From Paraphysomonas bandaiensis (lineage: Eukaryota; Protista; Chrysophyceae), in the NCBI GenBank assembly GCA_965644295.1, contig CBFFRP010000108.1, positions 1 to 64,000 of the forward strand: 64,000 nucleotides of DNA, written 5' to 3'. The translations under genes were made by a program, and so were the position numbers. Positions 1-11,685 of the stretch are shown here, in pieces; within the stretch, counting starts at the first letter, position 1, and each line of letters begins with the position of its first letter. A model generated the notes under the pieces. The model saw only the letters and a list, made by a program, of their open reading frames with translations. It did not search any database and had not been told where the DNA came from.

Positions 1-53
1 ATGTAGGCATACTACGCTAATAGAGGTTAGTAATTCATAGGATTGCGGTGGGT

Positions 54-3000
54 CTACAAATGTCTGCGAGATGGAAAATCGTCCATCTCGTCAAAAACAC
101 TACTGTCCATGGCACTGCTGGTCCTGAAGGGAATCGGCGACATGTCAATATCTTCATCAGCAGCTGAAAAATCTTCAATGTGAAGTCCCATTACTGGTCC
201 ACGGGACCTATTTTTACCTGGGGAGGCTCTCACAGCACTTGTCCTAGCTTTCCGTTCTTCGCTGTGTTTTTCTGACGAATCTTGGCGCATGGACGGGCTA
301 TGTTTCCCACGTTTACGAGATCCATTCGCTTCTTCGTCTTTTAATATCGGCCTCCATTTTTCATCAGGTGTTCCGGAGTCACGTTTGCGTGACTGTAATA
401 GATTACTCCGGGGACGGAAATCGGCACTGTCTTGTGTAAGCGCACTTATGCTTGACTGAGAACTCAGCCGTCCACGCCTGGAGGAGGGACGGGCAATTTC
501 TTCTGGTTCAGAGTCCTCGTCCTCGGTTTCTTCTTCTTTGTATGATATGCGACTGGCAGCTGTCCTTGATGCGGTTCCAACACGTCTCCGCTTCGACGAT
601 GCTGGCGACGACTTGACTGATTCCTTAGTGCGTCCAGGGACAGGACGACTACACACAGCTGACAAAAGATAAGACACATACAATACCTCTCAAAACATAT
701 ACACTGTACCTCCAACATGAGCACTGAAATCTCTAAATGCCTGGGCTAGAAAGTCATCATTTGCACCTTCCTCTTGGGCACGGTACTGTACATCATTTGA
801 CGACTCCTCCAATGCCTCCTCCAAATGCTGTGCTACTAATTCCAGGTCCCCTCGAGGAAGAAGTTTTATAAATGGTTGTAGTAGTGCCAAAAAGCCCATG
901 TTATGCACTGACTCAAGCGCATACTTGATGCCGACCTGGAAGAAGAGTCCCAGTAGTTCCCGCATATGGCTTTTGACCTTACCCACCCCTAAAGTCTGCA
1001 TCATTCGCTGAGCGAACTCCACAGATTCGCTCTTTGACACATCTAAATCATACATTAAATCCTCGTCACTGTCAAAACGTGACTCGTCCATGTCATCAAT
1101 TTTAAGCAAAATTGGAACCACATGGTCCTCGTAGCATTTCTTGAGAGCAACTAGCACAGATTCAAGATATTTTCCCGCGTTACTGTCTTTTAGTTTCTTT
1201 GCCCACGCCTTGACCAGACGCTGAACTTCTTGGCTAGGGTTGGAAATATACCCCAATACTGCGGCAGCCTGTCGCCTATTCATATTGTCTACATCATACA
1301 CAATGCCACTGAGTGGACAGAGCAAGTTCTCAACCAACTGGCGCGATAACTTGCGGGCAGCATCCCCGTCTTCATCTTCACCAGATTCTCTGAGATCGCT
1401 AAGAGAATTCCTGATACGGGACTCTTCCGTGGTAAACACACGTTCCATACGCTCCACAAGCTCCTGGTGAGTGGAATTAAAGTGGTGCAAACACAGAAGT
1501 GTATGACTTACTCTGGAAGGAGTCCATGCCAGTGAAGCCACATACTTATAATCCTTCTCTTTAAGCGGAAACAGTAGACGCATATCACCCAGCATTCTGA
1601 ATGCTTCGCATTGTAGCTGTCGACAATGCTCACTACTGTCTGCCGAATTCTCCGTGAGATCCATCCATACGCTCAGGATGTCTACGATTTTCTCCCGAAC
1701 AGACAACACCCCATCAATACTCTCTTTGGCTGCTGCGTCGCCCGTAATATCGTCTTCAGAATCTAGATTTTCCTTCGCACGGGTGTAAACATCTCGCGTT
1801 TGCCAAAGTAATAAACTCAGCATCGTACGCCCGGAACTTATAGCAGCAGATACAATATCCGCCCCCTTTATATTTCCTGTGGATCCCAATGAAAGCAAGC
1901 TCGTTGCCACAGTAGAGACTTCGGTTAGAGTGTCACATATGTCTTCTATTCCCTGTAAATTCTTGTCACATTCCATACAAAAGCTATGCAATACAAACAG
2001 CGTACAAATGATTTTGCAGTACCTCAGTCCCAATGTTTCTACAGTCCATGCACTGCCACAAAGTCATGTACTTTCTGCATGACGATGACAGTGAAAACAA
2101 TGCATCTGTGGCCTACATAACGAGGTATCAAAAGAAATTATTGCAACACATCCGCTTACCGCTCTTGTGGACGCCGTATCAGGGCCTTTCTTCGCGAGTG
2201 ACTTCCTCCTGCGCTTGTTTAGATATTCAGTTAAGACACCGACTGCAGCTGCTATCTTGTCCCAGCATCCCTTCATCACACCTCGTAAGACGCCAACCAC
2301 AGCCTTATGCTGACGCCCCTTTGCAAACCAACCTTTCATTGCACCCCCAATCTTGACAAGAACAGCTTCCGATGAGGCAGCGTCCATGATTTCCACGCAT
2401 GATCGAAGTAAAAGCTGTAGGCGTTTCCCATCAGCAGCAGACGTGTCATAACACTCAAGCAGGTCCACCAGTGTTTCTAATTCACTATCTTCACCGCGAA
2501 ACCTCGTTAGAAGGCTCGGTAAAGATGCCGAAAGAACTCCTTGAAGAGAATTCCAGTCTGAATCCAAAAGATTCTGATCTCTTCTTTTATGGAGGTCTTC
2601 CTCTTTCATTTTCTCTCTCTTAAGGGAAAGGGCGCTGGCCACAAATAGACGTAAAAGCATCGAGACATGAGCTGACGGCAGTGCAGATTCGATGAGGTCT
2701 TCAGAGTCCTTCAGAAGGAGATGAACCATGATATCCCAGCTGCGCACAATATCTGACAAATACATATTATTGACATGCAGTCAAATACTATCAGTAGCTA
2801 AGTTACCAGCTCTACCAGGCAGTCCCAGACAAGCGTCCGCCAAGAGGACAACTAAACTGGCATCATCAGCATCTCCCCCTTCATCCAAATTCAGGTGATG
2901 ACAAGCAAATTCCGCAAATGTCTCCAGTTGCATAGCCACTCGTTTACGCTTGGCTAGCTCAACCAATTCACTCTTCCTACTCCGCTTTTTTCCGCCTGTT

Positions 3001-4890
3001 TTCTTCTTATCATACTTAGTGTCCGAAGTAGTACTCCCGTTGGTTTCCAAAGTATGATCATCGTCATCACTTCCCTCCTCTTCGAAACCCACAGTGTGCT
3101 CCATAACAAACGCCAGGGCAGCAGATCTCACTCTCCCACTGGTGCTGGCATCAAACACTACGCGGTCCACATCATCCAAAGTGCTCTGCTCCACAGTATC
3201 CAGCATACCGTACCTGACAACCACAGTTGCATTAATGTTACCATACAACAAAGTGTAGCCACAAAAAATACGTACATCTGGAAGCTACGGAGAAGCTCAA
3301 TTGTGTCCAAAGACACCTGTTCATTGACATCTCCGACGGCCATTTCTACAAACCTCGACATAAATCGTTCAGCAAAGTTAGTTAACCGTGTAATGTGCTG
3401 CTTTTTCTACAAACACGAGACCAATTCAATGAGCCTGCCTCTTTCACATGAGAAAAAAATACTTACAGTCATGAGTTTATTTATGGCTACAACAGATTCT
3501 GCCCGCACGTAGTGCGACCTGTCTGAGCACATCCACCCAATGTACTTAAGATATTGATCATCATACAGCCTAATTCAATTCAAACAAATGCAGTCATATG
3601 AATACGTAATTCATGTGAAAAAGACCCACCTTTCAGGATCTGCAACCAACCACTCCCCGAGATACCATGCACATCTTGCCCTCACAATGTCACTGGTATC
3701 CCTGTATCGGTGCACAAATACAGAATTGAAAATTCCCATTACCGCGTCCTCATAAGCCTTTAAAGACCGCCGAGTGTCTGTCTGCATGGCCTGAATGGCG
3801 CGTGATTTATTTCCTCCTGCTCCCCCTCTGGCCCTTACTCCATCTGCAGAAGACAGCTGGCGACCTGATCCGGCGCTCTTTCGTCGGAGATCCAAGCATG
3901 CACACACCAGCACTCGGCCAACACAAAGAGCACCCTCAGTGACTGCGTCACGTAGACTAGATAGTGGAAGGCCAGATAGAGACACAAGAATTTCTGTTAC
4001 GCAGCCAAATATTCGATCCGAAGATGACGCTACCAGAGCCCTACTGGCAAGGGTGTCCCATATTTTGCAAAAGTTGGAGCGCACCGCCATCTGTCCAAAA
4101 ACGAAATCTTACTCCATCGTACAACAACAAAATTAATATAATACATACTTTCTGTCCATGACCACCCAGGGGATATGACTTCGACTTTTTGTCATGAACA
4201 TAGTCGATAGCATCAGTCAACTGTGATTCATAAGCACAATCTACATGAGTTCATAACACAAACCAGTTCACGTAATTCGTCTGTATCTAGGCCATCGACA
4301 TCAATGTTTAGCGGAACCCAGTTCTTATCTCCCCCTGCTGCCTGAATGCAATATTATTGCAATAATCACAGCAAACTTTCAGTGTAACCATACCAACATA
4401 ATGAAATTCACGAGAACAGCCATGGCTTGAACCCGATCCCGCTGCATATAGTATTAGTTCCGCAGTACCAAAACCACGACAACTTACTCCAAATATATCT
4501 AACCACTTATCTACACATGTATTAATATTCTTCGCTGCTTTTAAAGCATCTGTGAGTTCGTTACAAAGTAAGATCGGTAATAATATGAGAGTATACCGAA
4601 CAGAAAGCAGCCGGATCCTGTAGATTTCGGTTGATTAGCCGGGGCCTTACGACGAGGCTAAAAACAAATATGAGCACATTTTTACATAATAGAGACGTAC
4701 CTCGACGAGTTGCTTTTGCGGTACATCTTCCTCCGATGAGGCATCACTGTCTTCATCCGCCTTCTCGCTATTATGTGCCCTGAAAGAGATTATCACACGC
4801 ACCACAACACCAACTCAACTACCGGCGATTTACTTCAACCGAAGGTTGATAGTAATCCACTGCGGTTCTAACACGAGAAGATCTTCTCAT
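54..4890 (-). CDS. SCC3: Cohesin subunit SCC3/stromal antigen (STAG), multi-exon
   Basis: Exon ORFs contain the STAG/SCD signature 'IFNSVFVHRYRDTSDIVRARCAWYLGEWLVADPE' and 'RFVEMAVGDVNEQV', followed by helical exons and an R/S/D-rich tail. ATG at 4890 (MRRSSRVRTAVDY), stop at 54-56. Internal exon boundaries are approximate. Confidence 0.85.
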
Positions 4891-5380
4891 TTAATCCAAT
4901 AGAAGGTGCGTTATAATTAAAGAGATGTGAATTAATATCAATTCAATGAATGAAATCCCTCCCGCTTATGATCTGATTCAAATTTAAATATTCGCTTCGT
5001 TTAATTACAACTCAAACTACACGAGAATCAGCTCCGATCCAATCAACGCCTATTTACTTATGAAGTGAAGTCAGACTGTGGACTTTGCACACTCTTTAAT
5101 ACTGTTTATGATTTTCAACTTTTGAACTTTTTTGAAGGTCATGAAGAGAGTCAAAAAGTCCGGAAGTCAGATAACATCGTCTCTATTCCAGAGGTTTCTG
5201 CATAAAGCAGGGTTTTACCACTACATTACATTTTTTGTACGGACTGAAAATCAATCACTCCATATGTACGGTACTTAAACACACAGGGAGGTTATTTGCT
5301 TATGCTACAGTCTTCAGCTCTATTAGATACATAGTTTTCTATATCTTGATCATTGACGCATAGCTGTCTTTGGCAAATAA

Positions 5381-7078
5381 ATGAAGTCCAGCTCTATGTT
5401 ATCTGAACGAATGGGGAACAGTATTGTGATAGAAATCGGAAGGTAGTTTAAGAGCATAGTGTCTATTGTTTAAAGTGGCGTGCACAGTTCTTATATACGA
5501 GGAGGTTTTGCGGGAGAACATTCACCCCGATTTACTATACCGACGGTACTAAGACTGTTATTATGTAGTTATGAGTGTGTAATGTTGACCCTGCAGCTCT
5601 TTGTCGGACTGGAGAATGCAAGCACAGAAGCCATAAGAAATCAATGCACGGAGGCTTTAAAGATACTCTTCTTGGAGTATTTTCAATTGCGATCAAAGGT
5701 AAGTCTATTACATTGTGGAATCTATCGTAATTGGAGCTCCAGGACTGTCAAGTGTTAGTAGTTGAAAACTTGTTCGCGTGCAGTGTCCTTAGGGAACAAT
5801 TGTTTCACGTTTTACTGCAAGATATGCAGGTACGAGTACTAAATATATATGTATTCATATCTAATGTTGATAAGGTCCAAATGGTTTCATTTCAGCCAGA
5901 TATGATGATGTCGATGCTCTCTACGGGATGCAGGTGCGACATGATTTAACCTGCTCTGTATTTTCATGGTGGATTAATATTATTGGTATCAGTTCGGGGA
6001 TAGTACTAGATATTAGTAGTTCCGAATGTCGAGCACTTGCCATTGCTCACGGGCGACCTTTATTATCAACATTCACTCTGGTGAGTTTTTTACTTGTCTC
6101 CTCAATACGACATAGTGACTTAATGGTACTTGGCAGCCACGGCATCTGGTGTGAATGATGCGTGCAGAAGGTTTCGCACGCTTTTGTCACAGTGCTGGGG
6201 AGAAGAGGTCGGGGAGAATTTGGAAGAGGCATATGTACGGGATCTTTTTGAACGAGTTGCTGTGGCATTACCGGAGGGAGAGCAGGCTAGTGATGTGCTG
6301 TTAGAGAGTCATCAGCATCGCCCAGGTTGTAGCGACGGGGCAGTCCCTGGTTGGGTGAGACACCAGTGTTTGGACACACTCATCAGAGGATGTGATTCAC
6401 AAGATGGAGGTATGTTTGTTATCAGCAGGTATGCCTCAAAACATAATTCTGTCTTTGTAGAGTCTCGCGACGAAGCTGGGGGAGCAGTTGGAGTTGTGCT
6501 GGCCTGTCTACTCAAATGCGGAGTGGATCTTCGCAGAGCACTACTGCGCAATTTGGTCATATGTGGAGGTGGAGCGGGAATTCCAGGTTTATTTTTGCAT
6601 GTTTTCGTACACTTTATTGATTTGATGACGATTTACAGGTGTCGCCGATGCAGTATGGGCGGGGGTGGTTACCTCGATAAGCTGTAGTTCCGAAGACCAA
6701 CCAAGTCCGTCACGTTACAGTGAGCTTCGTCATTTGATTGTCACCTCCTCTTCCCCAAATCTTCCGGCTAGTCCATTCGACAGAACATCCCTTGCCTGGA
6801 TTGGTGGCTCTCTTTTCGCCTCCATTAAAATACCGAATGTTACAACACTGGTCTCTCAAACATCTAGTCGTCAGCTATGTAACCGGAGTCGATATATCTC
6901 AAGGGATGAGTATATTCAGCGGGCCGCGAATGCGCGGGTACCTGACTGGACTTGCACCGATAACTCGGAGTGGAACTGGAGATTTTTTGGTGCGACAGCA
7001 TCATATCAAGCACCAGTACAGTCAAGTACCCCCAGTTCTGGAGCTGGTTCGAGTGGAGCTCTAAGAACACGAAACTAG
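5381..7078 (+). CDS. Actin-related protein (ARP10/Arp11-like), multi-exon
   Basis: Actin-fold motifs 'IVIEIG', 'GGFAGEHSPRF', 'SGIVLDISSSECRALAIAHG', 'DLRRALLRNLVICGGGAGIPG', 'AWIGGSLFAS', 'YISRDEY'. The subfamily is an inference. Confidence 0.8.
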
Positions 7079-7410
7079 CAAATTTGTACATAGCTATAGA
7101 CGTTCATGGGGTATTGTGTTGCTTATTGTGTATTAAACACTTTCCAATTGTGGGAGTATTGCATTCTTTTAACTTATAAATGGAATGAGAGTATACTCAA
7201 AGCTAAATCTTTCAAACTAAAAGCTTTCGACAGCTCAAGAGAAAATATGGCAGCATTCTTATTTTCACTACTAGTATATCTGCATATCTGATTGTACACT
7301 TAGAACAACATTATATCCTAAAAATACAATTTAAGACGTGTACATGTATCAAGTCGTTAGCAGTTTTCTATGTAAGCTGTGTCATATGACGTAATTCATT
7401 CGTAAAATGA

Positions 7411-7882
7411 TCATCCGACTCTGGGTGCCCTTGTTATTTTGTTATTCTTGTCGAAGAAAAGGCGAACTCTATTCATCCTAATCTCTTTCGTCATACGAGT
7501 AGATCCCTGTGACACCGTATGAAACATCATACTACATGAAATAATGAAATAAAGATATACCTCATGAACAGGAATAATTTTAAGATCCGGTCTTTCCTGA
7601 GCAATAATTTCTTTTGCCTCTTCTAAATCGTACCCTGTGTTGGGAGTCATTACGCGTAACTATTTACCTAGAAGTTTAAAGAAACCTTTCAAACCCGGCC
7701 AGTGACTCGTTTTTGATATCTCATGCCCAGTGGCTTGAGACCCATCTCCAGTCTCTGCGATACATGTTATATTTATTTAGTTGTAGATAGGACCGACCTT
7801 CTATATCAATCCCTGTTGACATACTTGACAACGCCGTAGCAAATATGGAAAGTACGATGATAATCACGGGTGAGAGTTTCAT
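7411..7882 (-). CDS. Secreted potato inhibitor I (I13) family serine protease inhibitor, multi-exon
   Basis: Signal peptide MKLSPVIIIVLSIFATALS from ATG 7882. Splicing out 7635-7685 gives WPGLKGYDLEEAK. C-terminus 'RMTKEIRMNRVRLFFDKNNKITRAPRVG' matches the CI2/eglin-c consensus. Confidence 0.85.
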
Positions 7883-8219
7883 GTATATTGCATACTATCC
7901 TCTTTTGTGGTGAGATATTTGTGTAATTGTCGTATTGACAGTCCTATCTGTGAATATATGACAGTGCTGCAATCTATCTGGAGAACATTCTGCCCGCGGG
8001 GGAGATCAACAATAACAATAATGAAACGGGCTACGGGCTACGGGCTACGACGGTATACAGATATATATGTACCCTACAGGAATTCGAATTGGCTTCAATC
8101 AACACCTCGGCTCTCCGCTTGTGAAGTACAGCAATTGAATTCACTTCTTCTTCTAGATATACTAACTGTAAGCTCGCCCCTCATAGAGTGCCGGATATAT
8201 CCGCATATTGATGCCAAAA

Positions 8220-9897
8220 ATGATGAGCATAAACTATGAGCGAATTCCAGAGAGTGATTTAGCTGAAAACGAGAGCAGTCATGTATCTGTAAGCGACAGG
8301 CCTTACTTCTTTAATAAAAACATCAGAAAGATAGTAGCAGGTGTATTCATAAGTGTTTATATAAGAGATGTGTGCTGATGTGTGAGTGAGTGTAGTGTTC
8401 ATATGCCTCTTCATTGCCTCTGGAGTGCTGTTCTCCTGGTACATGCACGAGAGGGATCATAATGCTCAGCTGGAGAGTGGCGTATCGATATACCAAACGT
8501 CGAAGGGACATGGAGATCGGCTTCAACTCATGCATGCATCAGATTTTAAGGAGCGTGGGCTATATCTTGATGAGTTTCATTTCCGTCCTGGATCGAATAG
8601 GGTAAGGGTATCGTCGAACGCAAATGGTATTCCTGCCGGAAAAGTTTCAGTCGATACCAAAACAACTTTTCAGGTGAAATCTTAGCTGGAAGTATAGCTG
8701 CCTTGTAATTATTATACGTAGTACATTATTGGGTTCGGCGGGGCATTTACAGAAGCCGCTGCACATAACTTTTTCAAGCTGCCCAGTGATGTCCGAGACG
8801 AATTCCTTGAGCTATACTTCGGTGAGAGCGGTATTGGTTTCAGTATGGGAAGGCTACATATCAATTCCTGTGATTTCTCTCTTGCATCGTATTCATTTGA
8901 CGATGTAGACGGGGACTATAAGGTGAGTGGGTGATATGGCCCGTGTAATTCTGTAAATACGTGTATTCAGCTCAAGCATTTTGATCACGAAGTGTCCCAC
9001 GATAAGGTGGAAATTATTCCTCTAATACTCGCTGCTATGGAGAAGTCCAGACACAAAATAAACCTTGTTGCATCACCGTGGTCCCCGCCTGCCTGGATGA
9101 AGGTCCCTCGCAGTGTTTCATCCTCTGTTAGCAAGGTGCATTGTATATTTGGTTGTTACCACATCCTCATATTGGACGCGCAGATAACACATCATAGCGA
9201 TGATTCTGGCAAGATTGTTGATGATCTGGAACAGTCGAGTAAGGTGGAAGAAGTGTCCCTTATGGTTGGCAGCAGTACACCGAACGGTCTACGGGATGAT
9301 CCAAAAACGATGCAGGCATGGGCGCTGTATATATCCCTGTTTTTATCTGCCTATGAAGCAGCAGGGGTTGATGTTTGGGCAATCACGCCACAAAATGAGC
9401 CAGAATTTGCAGCTCCATGGGAGGCTTGTACATACAATGCAAGTTTTGAAAGTAAATTCGTGGAGGGATTCCTGGGCCCACAGTTGCGCGCGGATCACCC
9501 AGAGATAAAGATCCTTGCTTTTGACCACAACAAAGATCACTTACTAGACTGGGCACAAGAGATGCTATTCCCGGAGGATATTGATACACTGAGCGAGTAT
9601 GTAGATGGGATGGCGTTTCATTGGTACGGTGGCACCGGGGATAGGCTGTTAGATGGGACTTATGGTTATGACACCGTAAATGCGACACATTTCCTCTCTC
9701 CAGACAAAATTCTCCTAGCAACGGAGGGCTGTAGTTGCCCTGGGGTAAAAATGGGCGATTGGCTAAGAGCGGAACGCATAGGCCATGATATACTGTATGA
9801 TCTTAATAGCTACGCTCAAGGCTGGGTGGACTGGAATTTGCTTGTCGACCATCAGGGCGGACCCAACCACTTAAACAACCTTTGTGAATATTCTTGA
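8220..9897 (+). CDS. GH30 glucosylceramidase-like hydrolase with N-terminal membrane anchor; appears 3'-truncated
   Basis: Motifs 'IIGFGGAFTEAA', 'GRLHINSCDFS', 'ASPWSPPAWMK', acid/base 'QNEP', 'MAFHWY', nucleophile 'ATEGC', 'WVDWNLLVDHQGGPNH'. N-terminus MMSINYERI followed by a hydrophobic segment. The usual C-terminal beta domain is missing. Confidence 0.85.
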
Positions 9898-11245
9898 GAT
9901 GCTCTACTCTTCCTTGGTCTAATATACGCTTTATCATCTTCCCGATTTCACTCATCTCAGAATAGCTAATATCCGGGCGTGGGATTGACCTACCCTCAGT
10001 AACATTTGTCGAGTGCTCCACTTCGTGTTCACCATCAGGCTCATCACTAGATTCTTGCTGCTTTGCGTCCTTAAGCTGCGGGAGCCGAAGACCTGCCTTA
10101 ATCGTGTGCGCCCACCCTGACCAGTGGCGCATTAAGTCGAAGTCATCAGAAGTGAATCCCTGGTCTTTGAGCCAGTCTACTGCAACATAGTCCTCCCAAG
10201 AGCAAGCGTGGTGGCAGCATGTTGCGAGAGCGACCCCTTGCACATCCTCGGGAAGAGATCCGTCATCAGCCACTGGGAAGCATGACAGGCTCCGTAATGT
10301 GATGTCTGTGGCGAGCCCGCATAGATGTTTTGCAATTAGCACTACCCGCCCCTCTTTCTCCCCTGGAGCATCTAAAGTAGAAACACCCGGAAGACGGGAG
10401 AGCAAGCAATCACGAATATCCATCCGCACCCTAACGAACGAGTTATCGTTCTTCTCTCGTAGGGTTTTATCAGCTTTCCTGTGAACTCCCATACGCTCCA
10501 CCATCACCAGCCTTGATCCCGACACACCAGCAGCAGTCTTGACAGCCAGTCCTAACATGCCTTTTCCAGCCCCCAACTCAACGTATGCAGTCGGTCGACG
10601 CTCGCTTGGGTGAGGATCAGTTGATATTAATCCCTCAGCGGTCATCTCTCGGACAATGCACACGTTTTGTCGGGCATGGCGAATCTTTGCAAACGCTGTT
10701 GATGTGCCCCCAACCGCTTCCATTATATCAGCTTCAGGTACTGAAACAGTACCCTGTGAAGTTGGCTCCTGCATTTCTGGTTGAACCTTGGTATGATAGC
10801 AGTTTCGAACTTTCCTGACGAGATCATCGACATTAACAGGGCTAGGAGATGCACACTTTACATTGTAGCCAGTGTTGCAATCTTTGCAAAAGTAAGGTTG
10901 TTTTTCCATTAAAGCATTTCTCGCTCCTGTATTGCAAACCTTAATATGTGCATTGACATTATGACTGAATATTGTGTGAGAAGGGTCGATTGGACACGGT
11001 ATTCTGGTTATTTCAGTAGAGCCCACGGCCTTGGCATCGTTAAGTACCCTTGCTGGAATATCATCACTGGTTAGCCTGTGGTTTCCGCAATACATGGAAC
11101 CAGGTGATCTCCCGATATTACATAAGCGCCTCTTGTTCTTCATGTAAAAGCAGCACTGCGTCCATCCATCCAGCAGATCATCGATAGTCATGCCTTCCAG
11201 CAACCGCTGCTTCCGTTTTAGTGTTTTCGGCTTCTTTTCTGCCAT
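9803..11245 (-). CDS. TRM13: tRNA:m4X 2'-O-methyltransferase TRM13; C-terminus appears truncated
   Basis: CCCH finger 'CCFYMKNKRRLC...YCGNH', CHHC finger 'RIPCPIDPSHTI...HIKVC', 'YVELGAGKGML', 'AKHLCGLATD', 'ATCCHH', 'KRILDQGR'. Confidence 0.9.
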   Translation of the reverse strand: MAEKKPKTLKRKQRLLEGMTIDDLLDGWTQCCFYMKNKRRLCNIGRSPGSMYCGNHRLTSDDIPARVLNDAKAVGSTEITRIPCPIDPSHTIFSHNVNAHIKVCNTGARNALMEKQPYFCKDCNTGYNVKCASPSPVNVDDLVRKVRNCYHTKVQPEMQEPTSQGTVSVPEADIMEAVGGTSTAFAKIRHARQNVCIVREMTAEGLISTDPHPSERRPTAYVELGAGKGMLGLAVKTAAGVSGSRLVMVERMGVHRKADKTLREKNDNSFVRVRMDIRDCLLSRLPGVSTLDAPGEKEGRVVLIAKHLCGLATDITLRSLSCFPVADDGSLPEDVQGVALATCCHHACSWEDYVAVDWLKDQGFTSDDFDLMRHWSGWAHTIKAGLRLPQLKDAKQQESSDEPDGEHEVEHSTNVTEGRSIPRPDISYSEMSEIGKMIKRILDQGRVEHLKNIHKGCLSGWVRPDGRQANSSPPSLERSY

Positions 11246-11685
11246 AGTAAATGCCTGTATATGCTACACGTGGTTATCTTCTATCGTCTTATAGATCTGA
11301 CAAGTATGTGGACGCACAGGTCCATGTGAACAGTTGGTGTTGCGGTCCCAAGAGATGCTCCGGTACTTTGCATGTGGATACAGTGGTGTGCCCTCCCACT
11401 CAACTACAGCTCACATACATTGTATTATCGGCTATCCAAGAAACTAATGGTAACCACATCACCGTACGTAACACCGGATGGCTGTCCGTTAAAGATATGT
11501 AACCCGTATCCAAGAAAGAAGAGCCACCGCAAAAGGAGGCAGACACAGTTATAGTGCATGCGGCTCATCATATTCCGGCCCCACTGCTTTCATTTAATAG
11601 CTTAAGATAAGGTGTAAAAGGTTGCCACGTAGAGCTGTCTCCCTATTAGACTTGGTAGAGGAAGTTCACTTATATCGCTATAACG

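Noticed and set aside
690-2033. Odd peptide insertions inside long ORFs (e.g. RVSHTLLCLHHFNSTHQ)
   Set aside because: These are stop-free, in-frame GT-AG introns read through by the ORF caller.
7635-7667. Ultra-short 33-nt intron in the inhibitor gene
   Set aside because: A donor at 7685 (51-nt intron) restores the family consensus WPxLxG spacing.
9884-11554. TRM13 nested in a large GH30 intron (GTGAAT donor at 9884)
   Set aside because: No GH30 C-terminal exon is recognisable downstream of TRM13, and TRM13 itself is truncated at the same point.
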